Source: Heteronotia binoei (taxonomy: Eukaryota). From it: a stretch of DNA of 64,000 bases. Shown one piece after another: positions 45,817-56,300 of the stretch. How positions within the stretch are numbered: the stretch's first letter is position 1; every line of letters begins with the position of its first letter. The position numbers were made by a program, and so were the translations under genes. The DNA is taken from assembly GCF_032191835.1 (NCBI RefSeq), contig NC_083223.1, forward strand, positions 233,678,001 to 233,742,000, written 5' to 3'. The notes under the pieces were generated by a model. The model was given only the letters and a program-made list of their open reading frames with translations, was not told where the DNA came from and did not search any database.

Positions 45817-48800
45817 GCCGCTGTGTGACACAGAATGTTGGACTGGATGGGCCATTGGCCTGATCTAACATGGCTTCTCTTATGTTCTTATGTCTACTCC
45901 TGTCATAAACACAAAGCTCCCTTACACTGAATCAGTGCTTGGGTCCACCAAAGTCAGCATTGTCTAGTCCAGTCACAAACACAAAGCTCCCTTACACTGA
46001 ATCAGTTCTTGGGTCCACCAAAGTCAGTATTGTCTAGTCCAGTCACAAACACAAAGCTCCCTTACACTGAATCAGTGCTTGGGTCCACCAAAGTCAGCAT
46101 TGTCTACTCCAGTCACAAACACAAAGCTCCCTTACACTGAATCAGTGCTTGGGTCCACCAAAGTCAGTATTGTCTNNNNNNNNNNNNNNNNNNNNNNNNN
46201 NNNNNNNNNNNNNNNNNNNNNNNNNNNNNNNNNNNNNNNNNNNNNNNNNNNNNNNNNNNNNNNNNNNNNNNNNNNNNNNNNNNNNNNNNNNNNNNNNNNN
46301 NNNNNNNNNNNNNNNNNNNNNNNNNNNNNNNNNNNNNNNNNNNNNNNNNNNNNNNNNNNNNNNNNNNNNNNNNNNNNNNNNNNNNNNNNNNNNNNNNNNN
46401 NNNNNNNNNNNNNNNNNNNNNNNNNNNNNNNNNNNNNNNNNNNNNNNNNNNNNNNNNNNNNNNNNNNNNNNNNNNNNNNNNNNNNNNNNNNNNNNNNNNN
46501 NNNNNNNNNNNNNNNNNNNNNNNNNNNNNNNNNNNNNNNNNNNNNNNNNNNNNNNNNNNNNNNNNNNNNNNNNNNNNNNNNNNNNNNNNNNNNNNNNNNN
46601 NNNNNNNNNNNNNNNNNNNNNNNNNNNNNNNNNNNNNNNNNNNNNNNNNNNNNNNNNNNNNNNNNNNNNNNNNNNNNNNNNNNNNNNNNNNNNNNNNNNN
46701 NNNNNNNNNNNNNNNNNNNNNNNNNNNNNNNNNNNNNNNNNNNNNNNNNNNNNNNNNNNNNNNNNNNNNNNNNNNNNNNNNNNNNNNNNNNNNNNNNNNN
46801 NNNNNNNNNNNNNNNNNNNNNNNNNNNNNNNNNNNNNNNNNNNNNNNNNNNNNNNNNNNNNNNNNNNNNNNNNNNNNNNNNNNNNNNNNNNNNNNNNNNN
46901 NNNNNNNNNNNNNNNNNNNNNNNNNNNNNNNNNNNNNNNNNNNNNNNNNNNNNNNNNNNNNNNNNNNNNNNNNNNNNNNNNNNNNNCTCCGCGGGCCTCT
47001 GGAGGGCCTCCAGGGACCCGCGGCGGCTTCTCCGCTGCCTCCGCGGGCCTCTGGAGGCCCTCCAGGGACCCGCGGGGGCCGCTCCGCTGCCTCCCCGGGC
47101 CTCTGGAGGCCCTCCAGGGACCCGCGGCGGCCTCTCCGCGGCCTCCCCGGCCTCCGCCACCGCCGCCTTCCCCGCGCGCGCGGCCCACCGGCTCCCCGCT
47201 GGCTATACCGGGACTTTCTAATGGTCCCGGTATAGCCAGCCCGGGAGCCAGGAATTGGGGGCCAGAACCGGGAAAGTCCCGGGAGACCGGGACGGTCTGG
47301 CCACCCTAAGCTAACCACTACAGTGGTCACAAGATTCAGGCCTTTGCTATTTTGTCAGAGCCTGGTATACAGGTCACAAATTTCACTGTGTAAGGAGACA
47401 AGGGGCCGGTCACAGAGTAAGCCCTTGAAGGCTAAAAGGTTGCCAGCACCCCAGCTGGGACTGAGAGGAAAGGGAAAGCAGCTGCACCTGCAGCAGCCAG
47501 GTGACAAGGTTGGGCATTTAAGCTGCATCAAATGGCCGCTGGAGGAGGAGGAGGCTGAGGCATGGGAGGCCACTTCAGAGGCTGTGGGGCAGTAAAAATA
47601 AGGGCTAGAGAAAGACTGCTTCTCCAGGAGATCGTAAGCCTGCATTCCTGTTGACCCGTGCACAGCCATATGGCTGGGGGAGGAAAGGCTCTGGCAAGGG
47701 TGATGGAGGCTATAGAACTTTTCTTTGAAACTCACTTTGGGACTATGTTAAAACTGTGGTTGGACATTTGAAGGAATAAAGTGCACATAGCAGAGAACAC
47801 AAGACTCCACGTGGTCCCTTACACACTGCTTTTTATTATTACAACCATCCTCCTCAAATATTACACAGAGTGAAGAAAATCTAACATAGGCAGCTAAAGA
47901 GTTACAATAAAGGATTTTTTTTAAAAAAAGCTTCCAACTGGGATCAATTTTACTGAGAACCCATTAAAGTGAAACTTATCACTGATGAAAACAGCTCAGG
48001 CTCATCAGAAGCAGATGGCTGAGGAACACTCCAGGGGATGAAAGACTGCTTATACAAACCCCCCTCACAGGCCATTGCGGTACTGCAAAGGCAGGAAATC
48101 GTAAAAGAATTAAAAGGGGGCTAATGAGCAACTATCAGCTATCAGAGACACAGTGCAATCGTATGTGTGTCTATTCAGATGTAATTCTTATTAAGGTCAA
48201 TGGGGCTTAATCCCACAAAAGTGTGCACAGGACTGCAGCCACAGACTCTCTGCCAGTGAAGAGAAAAGCTAGTATGTAATGAAAATGCTAAGAGATCTGT
48301 TCATGTGAGACCCAAGAAAACACGGAAAGGGCACATGAAAGTCTACCTAGGATTCATTCCCTATGCACTGAGCATAAAGCAATCTAGATATAAGAAGCTG
48401 GCTCATTCCATCAGCCCTCTGAGTCTGGCGCTACGAACTCTGATGGGGCACCAGTTCTCCAAGGTCTCAGGCGATGGGGCCTTGTGCAGGCTGCAGCCTT
48501 GGATCTCTTTCAAATGCAGCATCAGCCAGCTCAGGCCCCATCAGCACAAATTTCAAGTTAGGTTATTTTGTTCTACTGTGCATCATCTTACACTTATCAA
48601 CTGTGCACTTCATTCACCATGTTGTTGCCCACTCACACAATTCAGAGCATTTCGCAATCTGCCCTGCTTTTCACCATCCTGAGTAATCCACAAACCTGAC
48701 CACTGCACTGCCCCCACCCCCAATTCCAAATAATCTATGAACAGATTAAATATCACCAGTCCCTTGTGGAATCAAGCTGATTACTCCTTTCATTACAATA

Positions 48801-51800
48801 ACTGTCCATTTTCTCCTACTCTCTTCTTCCTGTTATTTAACCAAGTTTTAATCTGTAAGATTATCCCATGAGTGCCAAGTCTTTGGTGAGGTACCCTATC
48901 AAAAGTCTTTTGGAAGTCTGTATATAATATTTACCAAATCACACTTATTCAAATATTTGTGGATTGCTATAAGCCACCCAGAGCCCCCTGTGGGGAGAGG
49001 GTGTGGTGTATAAAATAAATAAATAAATATTTGTTAGCCTGCTCAAAGAATCCCAAAAGACTGTCTTCAGCATTCCCTATGTGCTTAATAATTTTACCTT
49101 TAATTTTACCTTTAATTAATACAGTTTAATTACAAGTTTACCTTTAATTACAGCTACAGGAGAGGCCACAATCAGTTTCTACTAATTTACTTCAAATATA
49201 TGTCAGGCTAATTGACCTGTAATTCATTGGATCCTTTTTTAAAAACTGGGGTGACATTGACTATTTTCTAGTAGTCCGGCAGAAAGACTGAGTAAATGAG
49301 AAGTTGCACATACTAGTTAGCAGATCTGTTAGTTTTAAGCTTGCCTCGTGTCCTGAAACCTCACCTCTTGGCACCTGGATTCGACCCAATTCTTCAGACA
49401 CTCTTTCCCAAAACAGCAGCTCCACAGCGAGTACATGCCCCACATTTTCAGGGGAAACAGGCATAAATACTTAATTTCATTCTCTGGCATTTCCCCATCT
49501 TTCTTAAGCAATCTTTTCACTCCTTTGTCATCTAAAGGCCCAACCATCTCCCTAACCAGTTTCCTGCTCCTGTTATATTCAAATAAACATTTATCTTTCG
49601 TCTTAATTTTTTTTAACAATTCTTTTTGCTTGCATTACTGTCAAATGACACTTGTTTTGCCAGAACCTGTGCTCTTTTCTGTTCACCTCATTATGAAAAT
49701 CTTTCCACTTTTTAAAGAAACCCTTATTTACCTGTTATAGTTTCCTGAACTTATTAACCATGCAGGCATCTGTTTAGACTTAGTAGTTCCTTTTCTAACT
49801 TGAGGGAGTTATTCTCTCTGGGCCCCAGTTCATGTGGTTTTAAACAATTTCAAGGCATCCAGAAAGGAGTGGGAGCCCAAAGTACAATGGGCAGAATATA
49901 TGACCAGTCAAAAGCAGAAGGCCAGGCTTTTGGCATGTGCAGCGAAGCCCAGACAACCTAGAGGCTTCACAATAAAATTCACACAGTGGGTCACTGAATA
50001 AAGACTTCAAGAAGGAACCGCTGGGGAAAAGACCTGCAGATGATGCCCTGTGAAAATGCAATGCATTCTTTGCACAAAGACCCAGGCTCACCTATATCTT
50101 TACGCATGGCTTTTGCAAGAGCTTTCACAGTCATCTCAGTCATTATCTCAACCTCCTGCTTCTCCGCTTGTGGTTTTATCTGTCGAAGTTTCTCTTTGCC
50201 AGATTTCTTTCTCTACAAAAGAGTTAAAAGAAGGGAACAGTGCTAAGGAAAAGAATGAATAGGCAATGTTTCAAAAGAAGCCTTGATCTTGCATCTGGAA
50301 GTCATTTTGCCTAGCACCAGAGCTAACATTATTCCATACGAATTAAATTAAGATTTAGCGATTCTATTAACACACTTCCTATCTCTGCACTACTTCATTG
50401 CATATGAAATATAGGTGTCTCTAAGTGAAAATATAGCTACTCTAAACTTGTCCCAGAAACACACAGAAAGACAAAGTCCTTCTTCCTGCATCTTATTTGT
50501 GTCCAAAGCAGTTCTCAGTTTTTATGCGGTTGCTGCATCTCTCAGGTCTAAAATACCTTTTGATTTGCTCAGGGCAGAAAAAGAGCACTAATGTTCTCCC
50601 CTCCAGCAAGATGATGATGATATCACATGAACTGCCGCATGTTGCAGCCTCATGTCCACTGACAATGCTGAGGGCTGGTGGTGGACTCCTTTAAAGAACT
50701 TTCCCTTTACCTAGAGATACGAAGGCCCAGTAACACCTCCTGCCTTTTCCCACTGAAAATAACTCCTTATCATGATGGGGGAAAAGGGGCCACAAGGTGC
50801 ACAGAGCAGGAGACGACAGCTGCAGAAGGTGGGGATTTAAGGTGCAGGGTGGCGGTCACGGGAAGCTGGTAACAAGATGGGGGAAAAGAAGGAATAAAAG
50901 GTGTTGCAGCAAGAGAGGTCTCTGTCTCCTCCTTTCATGACACTTATGAAATATTTTCTCTTTTAGAATCAATGAAATGCTTTTTAAGAATGATTTTTAC
51001 TCATTCAAAATGTATAGTATGAAGATTTTTGTAAGGCAATTCACAGCGTTAGACAATAATCACAACACAACACTCAGATCTGAGACTTCTTTCTACACCT
51101 AAAGGGTGTTGCTGTCTTCATGAGATTTTGTCTGGAGATTGCTGCTCGTCTTCCTCGGCTCACCTTTAAAACTACACGCTACTGCACTCAAAACACGCTC
51201 TCCCTCCAGCATTGGCTATATTAGCAGAAGACTCACAGTGCAAACCCAAGTAGAGTTATATACTTCTAAGCTCACTGACTATAATGGTTTTAGAAGGATG
51301 TTATTCTGCATGGGACTATATGGTCAGACACTTATTGTTTTACATTTCGTAAGTATACCAAATGCTAGAATTCTGTACCATAATTAAGTTATTTTTTATT
51401 TTTGCTAATTTCTATCCCACAAATGGCCTCAAGGCAGATTACAACAAGTTAACAATCACAATAAAACCAAAACAATTAAACAGCTAGTTCAAACAATTAA
51501 AATAATAAAACAATAAACAGTTAAAATTGCTCGATTTCAGGCAGAAAACAAGTCATCATATAAACAGAAGATGAACCAATGCCACATCAATAGGCCGGAT
51601 GAAGGATGGAATACTGCAGCAAGGGAGGACGGACTAGATATACTATGGACGCCAGCTGTCGCACCCAAAGGCCTACTGGAACAGCTCCATTTTAAGGCCC
51701 TATGAAAAGTTAGTAGGTCAGATAGGGCCCTGATCTCTAATGGGAACATGTTCCATGAGGCCAGGACCAGGAAGAAAAAGCCCTGGCTCTAGTCGAGGCA

Positions 51801-53237
51801 AGACGGACATCCTTTGGGTCGGGGACAACCAACAGATGGTGATTAACTGAATGCAGAGTCCTTTGGGGTGCATATGGGGATAGGCAGTCCCTCAGATATA
51901 AGTTATAAGTTATTCAGCCAGTTTTTATTAAGGCCCCAGGCCTTTCAGAAGCAGAGTAAAACAAATAAAAACACTAATATAAAACTAATTATCTACATAA
52001 AATCTCTCCATACATCACTCATCCTAAAATATCTAACAGTTAAAAGGTTGAATATGAATAAATTATAAACCAGATGTTATCTCAGTGTGTATTTTCACTG
52101 CAGAACACAGAAACTTCTTCACAGATCCATTAATCACTAAACTAGCATTACTTAACCCCATAGATTTTAAAAAGGGGACGGACAGGCCAAAACTGGTCAG
52201 TTTCTCATCTTTTGGATTAATTTAAATTGATCAGTTATCATTAGGCTGTAAAGAAAAGTGTTCTGATCATTGATGAACAAAAGTCAGATTAGAAATCTAA
52301 AATCTGCAAACCAGGCTAATTATAGAAGTGATGCAAGACCAATTTCTAATCTAAGGACCACAGAGGGTGCACACCTAGGCACTGTTAGATTTGTTCTCAT
52401 AAATTTTGTATAAATTATTCATTTTGTGTTATTAAAGCAGTAAAATAAGTTTAGATTTGACAAGGAAGTCAATACTGAATATATTTCAGTTTCCTTCAAA
52501 ATAAGCCCTCTCCCACACAAATCCAGGAAAAAAACTTGAAAAGCTTTAAAACTTTTTGTTTCATTTTCAGCGACCAAGACAATCAACGCAGTATGCCCTT
52601 GGAAGTGCACAGAGCGTCTTTCCCTTTTTGGAGTAAGCAACTCTTAAAATAGAGGGAGGAAACACAACATAAGGTATGTTTAGAAACTACCCACTTCCCC
52701 CATCCTGAGTTCAATATGTTTATGAATGGTGAGTTAACCAATCTGTTACATTAAATTCTCCTTTCAGATCTCACTTGTAAACATTTTTTTTCTTACCAGT
52801 CTGTAGTTTAAAGACAGGCTAAATGAATTAATTGGCCATTTTACCAGCAAAACAAAACATTTATGAGTTCAAAAAGTATCTAACACTATACAAAGCACAC
52901 ACACCCTATTAATCTCTGTTCAGCATATTATCTGGAAACCCTCACCCCCAAACAAAGCTGTCTTTCATTTCATATGCTGAAAACACATGACAATCTCAGG
53001 AACAAGAATAAAATAGCTGTTAATTACCTCCTTGGTAGTTAAAAGCCTGACTTGTGAGTTGATGTCTGGGTGCCAGAGCTGAGGGTACAGCTGAACTGCG
53101 CACACAGGGTAGGCAGATGATAGTACAGACTTCCACTGTGTTCTGTAAACTTTCCCATAAGACAGAGAATGCAACTGTTTGCAAGCCCGATGCAAATAAG
53201 CCAAGTTCTCCAGTGTTAGCATCACTCTCCAGTTCAT
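28413..53237 (-). CDS. MTIF2: Mitochondrial translation initiation factor 2, 726 aa, 13 coding exons
   Basis: Exon lengths 210+121+172+161+177+140+125+205+253+141+165+141+170 = 2181 nt, one open frame. GTPase motifs [14 protein letters not shown] and NKCD; C-terminus SWEPGF*. Confidence 0.97.
29154..29294 (-). CDS. MTIF2: MTIF2 coding exon 12
   Basis: [30 protein letters not shown]...VIWS; cAG/GTGAGT. Confidence 0.96.
29777..29908 (+). mobile_element. Very short young CR1 3' end with (TG)n(TA)n
   Basis: Identical post-microsatellite tail to the 43.7-45.9 kb copy. Confidence 0.88.
30217..30381 (-). CDS. MTIF2: MTIF2 coding exon 11
   Basis: [10 protein letters not shown]...[13 protein letters not shown]...VEEHII. 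Confidence 0.96.
31665..31805 (-). CDS. MTIF2: MTIF2 coding exon 10
   Basis: [24 protein letters not shown]...AETFQ. Confidence 0.96.
32751..33070 (+). mobile_element. Sauria-type SINE
   Basis: tRNA-like head, ccagcttgctggggg core, BovB-like ggagaaggcaatggcaaaccac tail. Confidence 0.88.
33464..33720. mobile_element. hAT MITE family 1
   Basis: CAGAGGTGGCCAAACT ... AGTTTGGCCACCCTG; perfect TSD GTCTATTG. Confidence 0.9.
34006..34258 (-). CDS. MTIF2: MTIF2 coding exon 9 (includes IF1-mimicking insertion region)
   Basis: [10 protein letters not shown]...KLPIIIK. Confidence 0.95.
34300..34477 (+). repeat. L2-type 3' tail ending in (TAAA)n(TACA)n microsatellite
   Basis: gtaagccgccctgag...gggcgggatataaat then the tetranucleotide run. 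Confidence 0.75.
35079..35283 (-). CDS. MTIF2: MTIF2 coding exon 8
   Basis: [15 protein letters not shown]...LEVETE; GTACCA donor. Confidence 0.96.
36108..36232 (-). CDS. MTIF2: MTIF2 coding exon 7
   Basis: [23 protein letters not shown]...DKGKG. Confidence 0.96.
37627..37766 (-). CDS. MTIF2: MTIF2 coding exon 6 (G4/G5)
   Basis: [12 protein letters not shown]...ISALK. Confidence 0.97.
38590..39650 (+). repeat. Tandem array of ~260-270-bp units
   Basis: GAGATCAG(C/T)TCCCCT recurs at 38606, 38876, 39136 and (variant) ~39553. Confidence 0.85.
39659..39969. mobile_element. hAT MITE family 1
   Basis: TIRs as above; perfect TSD TTCTAGAG. Confidence 0.9.
40144..40320 (-). CDS. MTIF2: MTIF2 coding exon 5 (G3)
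   Basis: [26 protein letters not shown]...HAKNAK. Confidence 0.97.
41302..41471. mobile_element. hAT MITE family 2
   Basis: Perfect TSD ACTACTGG; CAGG...CCTG ends. Confidence 0.85.
41922..42082 (-). CDS. MTIF2: MTIF2 coding exon 4 (G1 P-loop)
   Basis: [30 protein letters not shown]...HIGAFL. Confidence 0.97.
42418..42589 (-). CDS. MTIF2: MTIF2 coding exon 3
   Basis: [14 protein letters not shown]...ENKDAVRR; AG/GTAACA. Confidence 0.93.
43395..46175. repeat. 70-bp minisatellite (8 unit cores visible), split by a CR1 and running into the gap
   Basis: CAAAGCTCC at 43401, 43471, 43541, 43611 and at 45912, 45982, 46052, 46122. Confidence 0.95.
43662..45892 (+). mobile_element. Young 5'-truncated CR1 LINE with uninterrupted ORF2 RT frame (ORF track 43659-45740, 693 aa; no endonuclease domain)
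   Basis: [31 protein letters not shown] and FADDT motifs; 3'UTR with (TG)n(TA)n; ttatgttcttatg end. Confidence 0.96.
46176..46986. other. Assembly gap (811 N)
   Basis: N run between two different tandem arrays. Confidence 1.
46987..47170. repeat. 52-bp GC-rich tandem repeat (at least 3 units)
   Basis: CTCC(G/C)CGG units start at 46987, 47039, 47091, 47143. Confidence 0.9.
48690..50030 (-). mobile_element. Old degraded CR1 ORF2 fragment
   Basis: Minus frame [39 protein letters not shown], homologous to the 43.7-kb ORF. Confidence 0.8.
50092..50212 (-). CDS. MTIF2: MTIF2 coding exon 2
   Basis: RKKSGKEK...[15 protein letters not shown]; tgtAG/GTGAGC; absent from the ORF track on this strand. 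Confidence 0.88.
51400..51910 (-). mobile_element. L2-type LINE 3' fragment
   Basis: Resembles 55026-55560 (reverse tail, gggccctgatctctaatggg...agtccctcagata). Confidence 0.6.
53028..53237 (-). CDS. MTIF2: MTIF2 coding exon 1 (presequence region; acceptor 8 nt before ATG, exon starts 53245)
   Basis: [12 protein letters not shown]...SSAYPV...RLLTTKE; GTAATT donor. Confidence 0.9.
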
Positions 53238-53339
53238 CTTTTTTTCTGCAAATAAAGAAAAAAAATGTCATGCTGAACAAGCCACCTTTTGATGTGTGAA
53301 GGACATCTGAAGTGATATATTAAAACAAGTAGGTTCACT

Positions 53340-56300
53340 AGATACAAAGGTGGTATTGGAGCTGTATCCATCTGATAGAACGAAGAGCGGCGCATACGCT
53401 AGGTATTGTTAACTTGCAGGTTTGTACAGAAACTAAACCCTCGGGATGCATAAAACGTGGATTCCGATGTCTCTACACTAATGCACAGAGTATGGGAAAC
53501 AAACAGGAGGAACTGGAAGTCCTAATACAGAAAGGAGACTATGACATAATAGGCCTTACTGAAACGTGGTGGGATGACACTCACAACTGGAATATTAGGA
53601 TTCAGGGGTACAACTTATTTAAAGGGGACAGGCAAATGAGAAAGGGCGGAGGCATAGCAGTATATGTGAAGGAGGTATATACTTGTGAGGAAATATGTGA
53701 ATCTGAGCATGGCAGCTCAGTTGAGAGTCTCTGGGTAAAAATAAAAGGAGTAAGAAATAACAGTGATATTATTCTGGGGGTCTGCTATAGACCACCAAGC
53801 TAGGCAGAGGACTTGGATGAGATACTCCTACAACAGATTGCAAAGTTCTCCAAGAGAAGGGATACAGTGATCATGGGAGATTTCAATTACCTGGACATCT
53901 GTTGGAAGTCCAACTCTGCTAAAAATTAAAAGTCAAATAGATTCCTGACTTGTCTTGCTGACAACTTCCTTTTCCAGAAAGTGAAGAAGGAAACAAGGGG
54001 ACCTGCTATCTTGGATTTGATTCTCACAAACAAGGAAGAATTGATTGAAGAAGTGGAAATAGTGGGCATCCTTGGCAGTAGTGACCATGTGATTTTGGAA
54101 TTTACAGTCTTAGGGAAGGGAAAAGCTATACGTAGTCAGACTTATAGGTTGGACTTCAGAAAGGCAAACTTCGATAAACTTAGAACTATGCTGGGTTAAA
54201 TCCCATGGTCAGAAATACTTAGGAAGAAGGGGGTTCAGGACGGATGAGAGTTTCTTAAAAGCGAAATACTGAAAGCGCAATCACAGATGATTCCTATAAG
54301 AAGAAAAAATGGAAAAAGCCTAAAGAAACCGAAGTGGCTCCATAAACAGCTCTCTAAAGACTTGAGAATAAAAAAGACTCCTTTAGGAATTGGAAGGAGG
54401 GCCTTATAACCAAGGATGAATATAAACAAATCACCAGTGCTTGTAGAGAAAAAGTTAGCAAAGCTTCAGAAGTCACTTCTAGAGTAAAACGGATAGGAAA
54501 GAATTAGCTAGAACCTCATTATGGGATGGAGGAAAACTCCACCCCCTAAACTGCTCTCCTTTCCTTTTCCTGTATGAAGAAGCTGGTTGAAATACAGCAG
54601 ATGGTTACCTACGCCAGTTTGGTGTAGTGGTTAAGTGCGTGGACTCTTATCTGGGAAAACTGGGTTTGATTCCCCACTCCTCCACTTGCACCTGCTGGAA
54701 TGGCCTTGGGTCAGCCGTAGCTCTGACAGAGGTTGTCCTTGAAAGGGCAGCTGCTGTGAGAGCCCTCTCAGCCCCACCCACCTCACAGGGTATCTGTTGT
54801 GGGGGGAGAAGATATAGGAGATTGTAAGTCGCTCTGAGTCTCTGATTCAAGGAGAAGGGCGGGTATAAATCTGCAATTCTTCTTCTAAAGCTCAGTATGA
54901 GCTTAGGCTGACCAAAGATGCTAAAAACAACAGAAAAGGATTCTTTTCTTATGTTCAGAGTAAGAAAAAGAGCAAGGACTTGGTAGGCCCATTGCGAGGG
55001 CAAGAAAGTGAAATCGTAACAGGTAATTTATTTATTTATTTAATTTATATCCCGCCCTCCCCACCAAAGGCAGACTCAGAGTGGCTCACAAACCAAGGGC
55101 CAACACAAACACATTAGTGTGACCGATACAATAAACAACAATAAAAACATAAAACATAAAAACAATTTAAAACATTTGCATGTGCTACTATCATAATTTC
55201 AGGCGACAATTTAAATTCTGGTGGTTAGATATACTCGGAGGTCTCAGGATCGCCATAGCGTAGTGAAGTAGGCCATTGGTGGTGTTCTTATGGGCCAATC
55301 TCATTGCTGGAGATGTTACCATTCATGTAAATGCCTGGCGAAAGAGTGCCGTTTTGCAGGCCCTGCGGAACTGTAAGAGCTCTCGCAGGGCCCTAACTTC
55401 CTCCGGCAACTCATTCCACCAGCTGGGGGCAGCAACGGAAAAGGCCTTGCTCTCGTTGTTTTGAGCTTTGCTTCTCTGATGCTGGGAACTGTCAACAGGT
55501 TTTGAGACCCAGACCGAAGTGCTCACTGGGGCATGTGCAGGGAAAGGCGGTCCCTAAGGTATGCAGGACCCTGGCCATATAGGGCTTTAAAAGTAATGAC
55601 CAGCACCTTGAAGTGAATCTGGTACCCTATTGGCAGCCAGTGCAGTGCTTTCAGCACAGGCTGGATGTGTTCCCGTAAAGGAACTCCCATTAACAGCCTG
55701 GCTGGAGCATTCTCCACTAGTTTAAGTCGCCAGATTTGGGACAAGGGCAGCCCCATGTAGAGAGCATTATGGTAATCCAGTCTCGACGTGACCGTCACAT
55801 GGATCACTGTTGCCAAGTCGTCACGTTCGAGAAAGGGGACCAATTGCTTTGCCATCCACAGATGGTAAAAGGCTGATTTGGCAGTGGCAGCTACTTGGGC
55901 CTCCATTGTTAAAGAGGAATCCAAGAGCACCCCTAAGCTTTTAACCTTGGGCGCCAGTGTGAGCTGGGCTCCGTCAAAGGTCAGTAACCAGACCTCTGGT
56001 CCTGGACAGCAGCGACTCAGATACAGGACCTCCGTCTTCATCGGATTTAAAGAGGGCAGAATGAAGAGAGGGCAGAACTGCTCAATTCCTACTTTTCCTC
56101 AGTCTTCTCTTCTGAGGGAAACGGTGCTCAATATGGCAAAAACAGAACATATAAGGAGGGTATGAAGTTCCAACCTAGGATCAGCATAGGGATAGTACAT
56201 AAACACCTAATTTCTTTAAATGAAACTAAGTCCTCAGGGCCAGATGAATTGCATCCAAGGGTTCTAAAAGAGCTTGCAGATGTAATTTCTGAGCCTCTGG

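Larger units (their letters stand above)
42711..47308. mobile_element. Composite non-autonomous hAT (Blackjack-like) element
   Basis: TIR TAGGGTGGCCA at 42711, TGGCCACCCTA ending 47308; perfect 8-bp TSD AGCTAACC at 42703-42710 and 47309-47316. Confidence 0.8.

Noticed and set aside
43395-46175. CRISPR-like or retron-like system (repeat array next to a reverse transcriptase)
   Set aside because: Units are head-to-tail with no unique spacers and derive from a SINE tail. The RT is a typical CR1 ORF2, there are no cas genes, and the context is a vertebrate intron.
46079-47330. Long 340-390 aa ORFs in the ORF track
   Set aside because: Artefacts of translating through 811 N and a GC-rich tandem repeat
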